Origin: Eledone cirrhosa
Taxonomy: Eukaryota
Direction: 5' to 3'
DNA length: 64,000 nucleotides
NCBI GenBank assembly: GCA_964016885.1
Contig: OZ024743.1
Span: 304,358,001 to 304,422,000, forward strand
Shown one piece after another: positions 1 to 14,154 of the stretch (the first letter of the stretch is position 1; each line of letters begins with the position of its first letter). The position numbers and the translations under genes are program-made. The notes beneath the pieces are model-generated. The model was not told the origin of the DNA, searched no databases, and saw only the letters and a list, made by a program, of their open reading frames with translations.

Positions 1-105
1 ATACACACATATATGTTTCTAACTTAAAAACAGTCTCTAATTTAAGAACACCGACAAATTAGTGCGTGCACATACACACACACACTGTCCTATTACCACC
101 TAAGT

Positions 106-790
106 GCTTTCGCCCGGGCAAACATCCCCTCAATGTTGGTACTGTCTGGGTTGTCCTGAATTGATGAGAAACTTGACGATCTTACTCTGTGCTCCTGGTC
201 AAGAGGCTGGTGCCTTACCTGGGTCGTCACAGTTAGCTTCTCTTTTGCTTCTTCCCACATTCTGGATGCAGCGGTAAGAGCGAGAACTACGGAACACAAT
301 CTTAAAGTACTGTGTTCTGTCAGCTAACTACATTATCCAGCCTGTGGCGTTCGGGATATTTGGGGAGACGGGCTACTGACAGCAAGGTTCTTATCTTCAC
401 TGGCGGCTTGCCAAACACAGGTAACTTGTGATGCTCGTGAGGGTTCTTGGTTGTTCCAGCACCTCAGCCTCACAATAACTCCAGGTAACGCTGCAAGCCT
501 GCTAGCCTGCCTCAAAAATTATTAGAGAGGTTTCCCAGTGCTCCTCGCTATATTGCTATATTTTGATATGGTAGCGTCTCGTTTTTTTTCATTCTTTCGC
601 CTGCATATTGTTCTTTGGGGTCTAGGATCTGGGTATTACGTGCTTGCGTATTGTTTCTCTTTCTTATTATCCTTTGTATATATTATATTTTTTAGTATTT
701 TCGTTCTGTAATCATTATATTAAATTTTTATGCAAATGACTTTTTAAAAAAAATATAGTTAAACTGTGTTGTTAAATAAATAAAAAGCTG
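106..790 (+). mobile_element. 3' end of degenerate CRE-like non-LTR retrotransposon (restriction-like endonuclease domain plus 3' UTR)
   Basis: Manual translation with a stop and frameshifts: AFARANIPSML..SGLS*IDEKLDDLTLCSWSRGWCLTW...NYIIQPVAFGIFG...DAREGSWLFQHLSLTITPGNAASLLAC (106-525). This matches the CRE-type RLE pattern IPS.LEP.GL.R.DGKRPDG.T..PW..G..L.WD...FQRLSLA.QRGNAA. An AATAAA-rich tail follows near 775-785. Confidence 0.75.
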
Positions 791-904
791 TACATTTGCC
801 TTCCCATTTCCAATTCACCGAACTCTATCATGACTGTATGTGTGTGTTTGTGGATATGTATGTATGTGTTTGTGTGATAGTATGTGTATTTGTGTGAATG
901 GCAC

Positions 905-1690
905 CTCACCGTTAGTGACTATTGCCTCCCACATCCTGGATGCAGCGCTAAGGGTGAAAGCTACAGCATATATATATTATATTTGTTTATGTTTTCGTTC
1001 TGTAAGCATTATATTAACTAGCAGAAAAACCACCCTCGGGTGGTTTTCTGCTGCCATGTCTAGTGTGTTTATTGATATTATAGACAAATATATATGCATG
1101 TAGATATGATACATCAAATAAAATCGTAATTGACAATATACACAGAAATTGAACGAAGACTGTGTTACACTGTCTTATGTAATCAGTAACGTAATCAATG
1201 ATATATTAAAAAAAGACGATATTATATATAAACTGCATTAGGAGAAAATTAGCGACGGAAATTTTGTTATAATATAAAAATGTTATAATATAATGGCTGC
1301 TAACCATTGTGTTGACATTTGAAAATGTTAAAGAAGTGAATCTTTAAATAAGCATATATTTAATCAACAGCCACGAAATTTAACACATAAATTATGTAAT
1401 ATTCATTCATTATTTATTCAAAGTACTCCAACTTATTTTACAAACGGGGTAAAAAAAATATATTCTGGACGCAGTCCCGTACTCCTTTCTTTATTATAGT
1501 TAAGATTTTTTATACAAACGAGTTTAAAAAAAAAAAATTAAATTGTGTTGTTAATAAATAAATAAAACGTTATACTTGTTTTACCCTCCCGTTTCCAATT
1601 CACCGAACGCTATCATGACTGTATGTGTGTGTTTGTGTAAATGTATGTGCGAATATTTTTGTGTGAAAGTATATGTATTTATCTGAATGA
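905..1690 (+). repeat. Second, internally deleted copy of the CRE-like 3' region and its flank, interrupted by a Helitron
   Basis: cctcccacatcctggatgcagcgctaag (about 925) matches about 252-278. Segments 990-1017 plus 1506-1690 match 697-900. Confidence 0.7.
1018..1505 (-). mobile_element. Non-autonomous Helitron (488 bp)
   Basis: On the minus strand it begins TC (TCTTAACTATAATAAAG) and ends with the hairpin ACCACCC-GA-GGGTGGT followed by CTAG. It sits at an A|T site with no TSD. Removing it restores gtaagcattatattaa|tttttatacaaa, matching the paralogous empty site near 708-737. Both ends are homologous to the ends of the Helitron at 15995-23925. Confidence 0.9.
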
Positions 1691-1874
1691 ATGTACGTGA
1701 GAGTGTATTTTTTGTAAGTTTGTGTTTGCCTTATTATAGTTATATAGTCATACATATAGATGTATGTATGCGCACAATCATACGCGTGAGAGTGTAGAAA
1801 TTCATAATCACTCTATCTCTCTCATCACAAACTCTCTCTTTCTATATGGTAGTTGAAGTGGTGGTGGTAGTGAC

Positions 1875-2068
1875 GATATACCGGAAGTCTAGAAATTTGT
1901 AAATTTGAAAGGGAGTCAATTTTAAATTATTTATAAATACGAAATTTAGTACATAAATTATGTAATATTCATTCATTATTTATTCAAAGTAATCGAACTT
2001 ATTTTACAAACGGGATAAAAAAAATGTATTCTGGATGCAGTCCCGCACTCCTTACTTTATTATAGTTC
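1875..2068 (-). mobile_element. Helitron 5'-end fragment
   Basis: Homologous to 1320-1505 and 23680-23925 (aattatgtaatattcattcattatttattcaaagt...ctttattatagtt). Confidence 0.7.
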
Positions 2069-2586
2069 ATATATATATACATGTGCATGTGTGTGTTCGC
2101 GCGCAGACGTATATATAAATATAATTATGCATACATGCACACACACACGCATGTATATTTGGTGTATGTATGTTGCAATGTCCATTTAACTGAATAGTAT
2201 CGCAAAATAATTAGGTGAGATTTACGCAGGCGTATAGAAAATGTATGAGGCAAATACATGCTCATTAAAATTCCGCTGATATTTTCTTCGCAAACTGTTC
2301 CGTTTACAAGTGAATAAAAGCACTTGTTCTGTAAATACAGAATTTTAGACGTCACAAATTCTTGCTTTTCATTAAATATATAAAGATATGTTTCGTAAAT
2401 ATATACGAAATATATATTCAAATATTGGTTGACAGCTTTTCATGCTGAAAACCATACAGAACTGCTGGAAGATTTATTACTATTCTTTAAATAGCGTGTA
2501 ACTCTGTCCTGCGTGAATTCAATTGCTAATAATCATTGTAACGGCGCTTATATATTTGCATTGTGTGAACTAGTTGTTCTCAAGAA

Positions 2587-3000
2587 TTGCCTGAATCTTT
2601 CGATAATGGAAGTAATTATAAACAGTCAATGTCACTTTTCTACACGGGGAAGGAACTAAAGAAAATATCTGACAGTTTTCACATCGACTTCAGTACTGCA
2701 AATAATAGGAAAAAAGTGTTGCTTATTTTATATTTTCCTTCCTATAAAACCATACATAGGGTCATTGTGGACGGCTTCATATAATTCATTGACTGAATGC
2801 CAATATTGATTCTACAGATGGAGTGAAAACTTTTATTAGTAATCTAATAATTCTGTCTCATCTTGCTTGGCTCCAGTCAACAATTCTAACTGAAATATCT
2901 GCAGACGGAGCAGTAAAATACATTTTGTTTGTAAATTGAATGATAAAATCATCATTCCAGGAAACAACGACAATCATTTTTTGGCGGGGAAAGAAATTTG
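2587..3000 (+). pseudogene. Possible highly decayed pogo/Tigger-like transposase fragment
   Basis: GKELKKISDSFHIDFSTANNRKK is HTH-like, and EISADGAVKY...QETTTIIFWR is reminiscent of E..SAD...NADETGLFWR. The similarity is weak. Confidence 0.25.
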
Positions 3001-4475
3001 AGTAAGATTGTGATTTTCATGTAAAGCCACCGCTATGAATATACAACTAATATATTGATGTATATGGTGGGTGGATATAATTTGATTTCTTACTAGGAAG
3101 AAATCATAATTGGTAATATGCATGCACATTTATATCCAAGAAAACTGATTTTAAAAGCTGTCACGAACAACATTTGCGGAACCTGTGATTCTCAGGCATA
3201 AGATATGATATCTTTTTTACAGGTCTCCTCCTTATGGAAGGTAGTATATAGGCCAGCCTCCTCAGTTTATTATAATCTTTCGCAGTTTAAAAATAAATCC
3301 ATTCTGGACAAACTAGTGGAAAAAGCAATTCGAAATGTTGCTGGTATCATCTGAAATATCATCACTATCTTCCACATCAAATGCGTTAGAAAGACACTGT
3401 CGAATCGATATAACTGACTTACTTCTATTCTAGTTGTTTGTATACATAAGTTAAATGCTACTCTCATCTAAAGCAAGGATTCTTAAATAATTTGCCTCTC
3501 CGAAAATTGATCCATGGTTTATGACTTTAATCCATAGTCCAAATTAATTGATTAATGGATAAGGCAATTATAAAATATGCAAATGGCCACTAAGGCTCCT
3601 CATTATTCTTGGCATAGCTGTCTTCATTAACTGCTGTATCAGGCAAATACAATTCGTCATTTTATTACAGATTATATAATTACGTGTGGCCCCTGTGTCG
3701 GCTAATGAGCCTATGTCATCATTTCGAATTGATTCATATGCGGAATTTGAAAGCATATTGCAAAATACCAGAATGTGTACCGTGACGTAACTCGACAGAC
3801 ATTCTAATATGTTCGCAAATCCAAAGTAATCTAATCCGGTGATTGACCTCAAAATGATACGATTTTGGAGCGCAGAGAGCCATAGGGAACACTGGATAAT
3901 ATGTCTTAAATGCATCAACAAATTTGAAACTTAAACACTATAACATAATACCCCCAAAAGAAACATGTTACCTCTAACAGTGATAGGTTCTTATTATAGT
4001 ACAAGGTAAAGGAGCTGTGAATGATTCTGCGATATCATTTTCCTTGTTATACTTATAGCTATTTTGTTCCCACATTGCCTATGAAATACTTATCTTGATT
4101 TGTATTCTTTTATCTCAAGTTATGTTATGAAAACTTCTAATCACAGCCTAGATTCCTTTCTCGTCATAAACATATATGGATTTATCTTCAATTTCCATTA
4201 TCTAGTGTATTCCTTTGATGTATTTCCTACTTTCTAAGACTTCAGTGAGAGAGAGTGAGAAAGTGAGAAAAAGAGAAATACATTTGTGCGTATAAAATGC
4301 CTTACCTTCGTACATACATGTATGAATTTGGGTTTAAGGTAGTCATATACAGATATACATACATACATATATTCACACATACATACACATATACATATAT
4401 GCATACATACATAACACTTAGATACATACATAAATACATGCATACCCAAATAGAGAGGAGCATGACTGATCGATA

Positions 4476-4588
<113 letters not shown>

Positions 4589-4654
4589 TATATATATGCC
4601 GGTGGCCGGCCAGCAACAATTAGAAATGTATGTTGTAGCTCTGAAAGAGCGATG

Positions 4655-4890
4655 TATATATGAATGTACGTATTGTATATTTAATAATATACAGAATATT
4701 TATTTTAAAACATTTTGAAGTCTTTTCGCTATAAATTTAAGGTAGTGTCTATAGTCGGTTATTTCTCTTTGTTTTTGATGAAGCTAGGTATGTGACTATA
4801 GCCACTTGCTTAAATTCATAGCGAAAGCCCTTCAAAATGTTTTAATATTAAACATAAAGTATATTATTAAATATACAATACGTACATTCA
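4655..4890. repeat. Fold-back cassette with variant hammerhead core
   Basis: Arms about 4663-4756 and 4794-4890 are imperfect reverse complements. The plus strand reads gttt-TTGATGA-a-gcta...tagc-GAAA-gccct-TC-aaa (4771-4838). It is flanked by TA/TG microsatellites. Confidence 0.6.
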
Positions 4891-4901
4891 TATGTATGTG
4901 T

Positions 4902-5006
<105 letters not shown>

Positions 5007-7149
5007 TGTGTGTGTGTGTGTGTATGTGTGTGTGTGTGTGTGTATGAAAGAGATAATGCTCCATACATATCAAATATTATAGGAAAAAAGTAAAAGTGGA
5101 AAAACAGAGGGGTGTGTTTAAAGTTATATTTTTTTTCAGTTAAAACAAATTTATCTTTAAATATAACCCTTGCCTTTTCATTTTTCGTTTTTACATATAT
5201 ATATATTCAATTATTTGTATATATATTCATATATTTATATATAAATAAACATATGCGTGCATGTGTGCTTATGTGTGTATGTGCATGTCTATGTATGTGT
5301 GTGTATGTGTATCGCGGTGTATGTATGCTTGTCTTTGTATTTTGATTTACTTTTGTTTTGCTGGACTGTTCATGTGGAGAAATGTGATGAAACAGATATT
5401 CATATAGGGGTGTCATTATGCTAATAGGAGCGCAGCGACTAATACCACTGCATGTATATATTGTTACTCTAGTGAATATTCCATTCATCAGTTGGTTTAA
5501 CGACCAAATCGATATTGCTAATTTTTTTCAATACCGTTCGGCACATGTTCTCGAAAGTCATTTATTAAATATTGAACCCTTTGTTTCACCTCCTTATTTT
5601 GAGTTTTGCCCTAGTTACTCCCCTTTATCTCTGATCTATTTTGCTTACTGTGGTATGTTTGCGCGTGTAATCTGTTACTCCATAAAATCTGCGTAATTTG
5701 TGTATTTTTTTATAAATAGCAACTTCTCATCTTCGTATATCATTAAAAATATGCATATGCAAACACTCTAATTTACAAATGTGTTCATATTGCTATCACT
5801 GTTTATGCATTCCAGTGTCTCTCTTCCTATGTGTTGTAATATCTTTGTCATATATAACACATATTACAACACATATGTTGTAATATGTGTTGTAATATGT
5901 TTGTCACAACTCACAAGATCATGGGGCTATTACTATTTATTCCTGACTTTTATTTTTTCTTTAAGTTGTTTTTAATCCTATAGTTGTCCCATTAATAACT
6001 TTCTGATGAAGTCATAACCGTTGCATAACAGATATCGCGTGCAAAACAGCAATTGTGTAACGAATACCAAATACACACACACACACACACACAAATATAT
6101 ATATATATATATATATATACGTGTGTGTGTGTGTGTCATTAGATTTGAATTTCGACCAACTTTCCTTTCCTCTTTATCGTAGAAATACGCAACTAATGGT
6201 TCCATAATCCCATTAAATATAATAGTATTAACATCAATCAATCGGGTATTTAACAACTTCTGTAGTAATGTACCAAGAACCTGTTTTCATGACGCATTTA
6301 TACATTATTTCCGCCTTATTAACGTTGGTAGTATTATAATGAATAAGCACACGGAGAACTTCTTTGAATAATAACAGGTAAATGCAATTATAGACGTAAA
6401 GATATATCCTATTGACGGCAAATATTTAGTGTAATATATCAGTTACTATGCAAAGCTGAATGGTAATGCAATCAGATCAGATACAGGGAATAATACAATA
6501 GTATGAATGAAGGCCCCTTTAAAATCCTTCATGTAAATGAATTTGCATTCAGAAACGAAGAAAGATCGCAGCAGACTTATGCAATGATTTAAAGAATGAT
6601 GTGTTATCAATTTCTGCTTAAAATGGTGTATTGTTGAACACAGAATGTCATACAAAGATTGAAATAAACTATTCTAACTAGTTACAGCCGAAATGTGTTA
6701 TATAATGCTAAAAATAAAATTTAAAGTAAATAAGACGGATAGGGAAATGAGTTGAGGTGACAAATTAAATGACCGGATGTAATTATTGAGATTAGCTGGA
6801 GAATTAAGGTAATTTGAGAGAATCCAGCACATTGACCTTTACAATACGGTAGTTTTTAGATATGTCTTATGTGGCGTATCATCACAGTTTTGAGGTTTGA
6901 CAAGAAACTTGAAATGGAGGCAGCTTGTAATATAAAATATAAAATAAACATTTATTCTAATCGTTATATTAAATATTTTGTTTGAAATACACATTGTATT
7001 TCCTCATGCAACATGCAAATACATATTAAACATATATGTGTATGGGTGTGTGTATTCATATAGATGAGTTTATATGTGTTTAAAACCAAGTATTTTCAAT
7101 TATCTCAAATCGTTTACATAACAAGTTCTGGCGAATAGATTAATATACA

Positions 7150-7269
<120 letters not shown>

Positions 7270-10200
7270 ATCCATCTATTTATCTATCTATCTATCTATC
7301 TCTCTTTACACACATACACACATATACATATTTACAAATATGAATTCCTTCATATTTTACACAATCTCGTGGTTACTGAAATAGATTCAGTTTGACCATA
7401 ACATCATTTCAGGTTTATTTGCTCTAACAGTCAGTAAATCTATCAAATAATCAATCAATCAATAGAGTTATCTATCATTCAGTTATCCTATAGTATTTCG
7501 GTCGAAATTTCAAAACCGCTTTCTCACACTTCATCATTGACTTTCTTTTCTTTCTACCTCTATATGTGTATTTCACATTTTCTCTATTGCTCTCTCTTAC
7601 TGGCCATTTTGTTTCTCTATATCTCCCTCACTAAATCGTATTTTATATTGTATTGATCTCTATCTTTGCTTTTGCAACCAAACTTACACTTCCTTTATTT
7701 TCTATCATATGCTTTCCTCTATCACCTTACTTCTTTCTCAGTCTAATTTTATTTTCCTTCATTTCCCTCTTACATCCATTTTCGTCTATCTTTATGTTAC
7801 ATCTCTCTCGCGCCCTTATTTGTTTGTCTATCTTCCTGATATATTCTTCCCCCACTCTCATTCTCTATTTAATTTCTTTCTTTCCATTTGTTCATCCCTG
7901 TTTTTCGACTATCTTATCTCTTATCATATCTCTAGGTCTCAATAACTGTGTGTCTTAGATTTTATATCTATGAATCTTTCTTTGTATCAATATCACAGTT
8001 TAGTTCCTTATCTCTACTATATCTCTGCTTCTTTATGTTCTCTAGCATTTCTCTCTTCGTCTAACTGGTTATCTATCTCAAAGAAACTATAAACTTTTCA
8101 CTTTATCCTCTCAAATCTTCTCTGATTCGCCTCCCTTCTCTCAAACTTTCGTTTAGCTAATTTATCACATGGGATTTTTATTGTCATTTTATATGTATCT
8201 CTATTCTTGCATGTGTTTCCCCTAGATGTCTATCAATTATCGCACCTTTCTCTCTTCATTACAACTGATTCTCTCACTTCTTGTTTCTCTCTATTTCTTT
8301 CTCTATCTGTCCTGTTCCCTCCCTCTCTCTTTAGTTAACTGCATTACTCTATGATTCTACCTCACCCGCTTTTTCGTGATGCAGATATTCACGTGCTATG
8401 GTATCACTAAAATCCTCATAATTTTCCTCTCTGCCTTTTTCAAATGTTCAATATAATATTTATTGAATGATTCCATAGAATAACGTATACACCCCTATCG
8501 CATACGAACAGAAACAAACACGTGCTCATGCATGTATATATGTATATTTGTATGTATGTACGTATGTATGTATGTATGTATGTATGTATGTATGTATGTA
8601 TGTATGTATGTATGTATGTATGTATCCATGTATGTATGTATGTTTAGTTATTGAATTAATGATACTTATAGGGTTATTCTGTTTCCTTTTATAAGAATGA
8701 CTGATAATTAAATGTATGTACATTCGTCTATTGAGTACTTCGACTTAATTGTGATAACTAATGTATATAAATCGTAGGTATGCGTATAACATTTGTATTT
8801 ACAATATCATTTTGTTTTTAGTGTTGTATAGAATCTGTTCAACCCCTTCAAACTGAAGACGATTTAGCACTATTTGACGTGGTAGGTTATATCGCATGGT
8901 TTGCTGTACGGTCGTAGATGTTAGTAGTAGCTAAGCAAAAGCACGCAAGGCGGCTTCGGACATAACATGATAATTAAGCCATTACGTTTATTGATGTTGT
9001 AAATCTTATCATAGAAATTCGGGCTAATGCCTGCACGGTTCTATGCTTGTTCGGATGGAGTGATCGACACAGTAGTTTTAGAATAGGGATCTGGGTGGTA
9101 TATGTGTGTATTAATAAATGGAGATGCTTCTTTTCTATCTGGTGAAAACGGGTCAGATTGTTGTGGATTGCGGGGGACCGAAAATATCCAGGTGATACTC
9201 GATTTTTTATATTTTTGTTTCGTAACAAGTGGATATTTTCTGTGCACAGGTTGTTATGATGATTAATGGTCTACGTTTGCTCTTTGACGTTTATGAGGGT
9301 TTGATGATGGGAGAAATGTGGCCCATGGAGTTACGCCTTATCCTACGATGGAGTTAATGCTTACCTATATAGCATTGTTTTATTGCAATATGAAATTACC
9401 TTTTCAGTTTTATTATGCCGTCTACATATTGTGACTTTTGTAGCAAGATTCTAGGTAACCCCGGTGGTTTATGCTTTCTGGGTGTGAGTTGGGTGTACAT
9501 GTCGTCGAACTATGAATTTAGTTGTATTTAATTTTATTTAGTGATACTGCTAGAGCTATGTATGACGCTGTATATACATGGGTATATCATGTCAGTACTG
9601 ATTTAAAGAGCTGTATGGCTGGATATAGAGATCGTTTACATTCAGGAAATTGCAGGTGTATTGTTTGTGTATACTGTATTGGCTTAATTGTCTACCAGGT
9701 AGTTTCTTTATATGTTGTTAAATATTATTTGTATGAGTATATAGTAGAGAATCAGATATGTAAATGTCGATGGTATTTACATTTGTCCATATGGTAAGTC
9801 TTAGCTTTATTGTTGAAGAAATAATGTCAGCGGTAGTCTTCAGGGTAGTTTAGTGGCTGTATGTAGTAGTTTACAAACCTGTAAGCATTTGAAGGTGAGT
9901 TACGCAGAAATAATTGATATTAAGCGTTATTTTTTCTCCAGTTATTTACTGTGTGCATACGAAGGTGTTGTATGTGAATGATTTCATCTAAGGTTGAGTT
10001 GAGGTCTCAAACCGTTATCAATTTGCCCATCTAACAGCATGATACTTTCGAGTGCCTTAAGAAAATAAGCATGGCCTCAGCCGGATGGCTGGAACAGGTA
10101 AAAGGGTAAAAGAGTAAATTTACGGTATATTTATGACTAATGCATTTGATTTTCTACGTTTCCGTATTACATTTGGTTGTGATAGTAGGGTGGTATGGAA

Positions 10201-10467
10201 GTTACACGAAAGATAGACATTCGTCGTTTTTTGTGTCACTGTTCATTTTGTAATATTTTTCCTTTTGCTTTTCTTTTGCACTTTCAGGATATGGCAACTA
10301 CTATAGCTAGGATCGAAGCTGCTAATAACTTTTTATTCTGTGGAAATCGAAATCGCGAACTTATGATCGTGAACCGTAAATAAGTTGTATTAACTGAAGA
10401 GCTTTTACAATATACACATACACACAACTACATATATCCCAACAATACAGAAACACACTTACAAACG

Positions 10468-10546
<79 letters not shown>

Positions 10547-10600
10547 ATGTGTGTGTGTGTGGATATGTAAGTATACATGTGTATGCATGTATATATATAT

Positions 10601-11218
10601 AAAATGTAATCTGAGTTTTTCGAATATTAATAATAATATTCGATTCGTTTGCAATTATGCAAACAAGCCTCATTTTTATAACCATCTCAGTAGAATGAAC
10701 CCTTCGTTCTCGCGCTTGTGTTGGCATGTAAACAGAACAGCAGGCAATAATGTTTTTGGGTATCACCCTTCATCAGTACAGCTCACTGTTCACCTTCCAA
10801 CTGTCAAAGCTAGTGAAAATATATGCTATTTTCTAAAATATACAGTGACGGATTGGCCTGATTTGCATATTAGCAGACTGGCTGATGAGTCAGATCTGCA
10901 TATTAGCAGATCCACTGATCAGACAGATTTGCATATCGGCAGTGAGTTGTACTTATGAAGGGTGAAAGCCAGAAACATTAGTGCCTGTAGTTCTGTTTAC
11001 ATGTCAACACGAGAGCAAGAATGAAGAGTTCATTCTACTGACATGGCTATATAAATAAGACTTGTTTGCATAATTGCAGACGAATCAAATGTTATTATTA
11101 TAGGACTTATAATAGATGCACTTCGTCTATTGCCAGTTTGCTGCGTACTGGGTAATTGCTGACCTTGTGCCTAAAGTAGAAAGAATTATTAATATTCGAA
11201 AAACTCAGATTACATTTA
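10601..11218. repeat. Fold-back cassette with degenerate hammerhead-like cores, an internal 33-bp repeat, and a SINE tail inserted in the right arm
   Basis: 10601-10790 is the reverse complement of about 10939-11218, excluding an insert at about 11101-11185. Cores are CTGATGA-agggtgataccc-aaaa (minus) and CTTATGA-agggtgaaagcca-GAAA (plus). The spacer has about 2.5 copies of gat(t/c)tgcatattagcag... Confidence 0.65.
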
Positions 11219-11249
11219 TTGTATTCAGCCATGGATTGCGAAAAGTGTA

Positions 11250-11300
<51 letters not shown>

Positions 11301-11303
<3 letters not shown>

Positions 11304-12545
11304 TAAGAGGAATTCCAACTTTGTCTGATTTACTCGTTTTATTTACAATCCTTTAACATTTATAATGGTATTATAATGAAATAGTATGATAGAATATTAA
11401 ATTCTAAGTGTTAATTGAACAAGTACTTTCATGCTTTCGCAATCTTCAGGTTCATAATATGTGGTGACAGTCAAGTTTGCAATTTTCAACTGTAATAAGA
11501 TGGGTAAATTTTCTACCTTTTATTCATTTTATACAGGGAAAAGTGGCTCCAGAATGATAAATCTTGCAAACTGTATTTCGACCAATCAGTGTGTGGTTTC
11601 ACTGAATTACTAAAGCTGATTGGCTTAAGCGTCACGATACATTTTATACAGGGAAAAGTGGCTCCAGAATGCTAAATCTTGCAAACTGTATTTCGACCAA
11701 TCAGTGTGTAGTTTCACTGAATTACTAAAGCTGATTGGTTAAATTCAAACCCAAGCTAAATGAACAATAATAACGCTTAGGGGTATTACTTCTACTATGA
11801 CTATGACTACGACCACTAACAACAACAACAACAACAACAACAACAATAATAATAATAAAAGTGATGTTGATGGTGATGATTAATAGAAAATGCTATTTTC
11901 ATCATTTCTAAAAATAGCAAAACAATTGATGCTTTGGATATGATTAATTATTGGTTGTTAGACATGCTCAACCAGCCGTAACGCTTAAGCCAATCAGCTT
12001 TAGTAATTCAGTGAAACTACACACTGATTGGTCGAAATACAGTTTGCAAGATTTAGCATTCTGGAGCCACTTCTCCCTGTATAAAATGTATCGTGACGCT
12101 CAAACCAATCAGCTTTAGTAATTCAGTGAAACCACACACTGATTGGTCGAAATACAGTTTGCAAGATTTAGCATTCTGGAGCCACTTCTCCCTGTATAAA
12201 ATGTATCGTGACGCTCAAACCAATCAGCTTTAGTAATTCAGTGAAACCACACACTGATTGGTCGAAATACAGTTTGCAAGATTTAGCATTCTGGAGCCAC
12301 TTTTCCCTATATAAAATGTATAAAAGGTAGAAAATTTACCCATCTTATTACAGTTGAAAATTTTAAACTTGACTGTCACCACATATTATGAACCTGAAGA
12401 TTGCGAAAGCATGAAAGTACTTGTTCAATTAACACTTAGAATTTAATATTCTATCATACTATTTCATTATAATACCATTATAAATGTTAAAGGATTGTAA
12501 ATAAAACGAGTAAATCAGACAAAGTTGGAATTCCTCTTATTAATA
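11301..12545. mobile_element. Fold-back cassette with a hammerhead in each arm and a 115-bp tandem repeat
   Basis: Arms are 11301-11742 and 11981-12545. The 115-bp period is seen at 11531/11646 and 11991/12106/12221. HHRs lie at 11416-11454 (-) and 12389-12427 (+). Confidence 0.85.
12389..12427 (+). ncRNA. Minimal type I hammerhead ribozyme
   Basis: tgaac-CTGAAGA-t-tgc(gaaa)gca-t-GAAA-gtac-TT-gttca. Stem I is 5 bp, stem II has a GAAA tetraloop, stem III is the palindrome gtac, and the cleavage site is UU. Confidence 0.75.
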
Positions 12546-12577
12546 TAATCTTCTATACACAATAATACACGTCCGTG

Positions 12578-12675
<98 letters not shown>

Positions 12676-13253
12676 AAAAATGGCGTCATTCACATATACT
12701 TTCCCTTCGCTGTGGTTCGTATTTTTTCTGTTACCTTACTGCTTTCCTCATTCTCTCTCCCCCTTAACTCTTGATTTCCTCAATCCCCGCTGCTGGTCAC
12801 ATACTCTCAGCTGGTCCCTTCCTCACACTTTCACTCACTCACTCTCTGCTACTCCACCTCTCTCACTTCCTCCCGTCTGACCTGCGTGAATTATTTCCTC
12901 TGTCACTTTTTTCGTGGCTCGGACGTGTCTGTTTTCTTCTCGTCATTTGATTTGTCGGCCCACAAGATTCATTGACTTGTCTCTCTTTTCCTCTCTTTAC
13001 GTTGCGTTACAACCATGTTGTTTGTTCACTTCCCTCTGTCCCGATAACTTAATTTAGTTATCGCTCGAACTGATGTTAGGTATCTAGTATTTAATGCGAA
13101 GAAATACCAATGAGAATCAGCAGACTACTGATGACGGACTTTTCCTGTTTCTTGGTCTATTTTTATTCATATATATATATATATCAAGTAAGTATGTTTT
13201 GAAACACTGAGCAAGTTTGAAATTAGAAAATAGAAGCTTTCGCCGTAATTTGT

Positions 13254-13403
13254 TGACTAAAGAAACTTTAGCCTCATAGTGGGGTTTAGAACCCTCAGAG
13301 AAATGGAAAAAGATGAGTATTGACGTACATCAATACTCATCTTTTTCCATTTCTCTGAGGGTTCTAACCCCCCCCCCACTATCAGGCAAACATTTATTTA
13401 GTC

Positions 13404-13404
<1 letters not shown>
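13254..13404. repeat. Inverted repeat ending in (TA)n
   Basis: agaaccctcagagaaatggaaaaagatgagtattga pairs with tcaatactcatctttttccatttctctgagggttct around the central cgtaca. Confidence 0.85.
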
Positions 13405-13461
<57 letters not shown>

Positions 13462-13462
<1 letters not shown>

Positions 13463-13770
13463 TATTTAAGGTTCAAATTAATTGTATGAGCACTCGATGC
13501 TCTTGGGAAGCAGATTATCAATAATATTAATATATAAGTGAACAAAGAATCAGTGTTGCATCATATACATATTAATTACATATTACATATGTTTTAACAT
13601 GTACACTCGCGTCTACATGTTAACACATATTCGAGGAGCTTCCGATTCGAGATTCAGGTCCCATCATGAATACATCGTTTCTTGAGCTGATCTACAGTGA
13701 AAAATGTAATATGTAATTAAATACGTATATGATGCACTGATTCTTTTTCCCTTATATATTAATATTATCT
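13462..13770. repeat. Fold-back cassette with a GAGTGC tail on the minus-strand long arm
   Basis: About 13520-13596 is the reverse complement of about 13700-13768. The spacer shares tcttgagctgatc with the minus strand of the fragment at 32007-32107. Confidence 0.65.
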
Positions 13771-14154
13771 CTCTCTCTCTATATATATATATAATAAGTA
13801 GTTGACGGACCCAGCATATTTATCAATGTCAGGACCGATCGTATCTGAGCGTACTCAATATGCAATGTGAGATATATCCGCAAGTATACACATAGTTATT
13901 CGCTTCAATATAACACACGTAAATCGGTGCTTATAATAGTTCCCGGACTGGAGTTTCGGCCACACCTAATGCAGCAGTAAGCATATATTATGCGACAATG
14001 CATAATCGGCGTATGTGTGCATACATATATATGTGTATATATATATATATATATGTGAGTATATATATATACATATAACGAAGGAGTTGTGGTAAGGAAC
14101 CTGGTGTACCATAACGCACCAGAGTACTCAATACTTAGCGTAGTAGAGTGGGTA

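Noticed and set aside
3160-3950. Possible host exons or transposase relic (also about 6150-6660 and 56700-57150)
   Set aside because: Complex sequence, but no recognisable motif or splice-consistent frame by eye; a translated search is needed.
5985-6065. CTGATGA followed by a hairpin-like segment
   Set aside because: No properly placed GAAA or stem I partner; at best a decayed hammerhead.
11525-12330. CRISPR-like array
   Set aside because: Units are full tandem copies without variable spacers, the context is eukaryotic, and there are no cas genes.
13225-13404. Hammerhead within this inverted repeat
   Set aside because: The CTGAGGG and GAAA-gcttc-TA pieces do not give compatible stems I and II.
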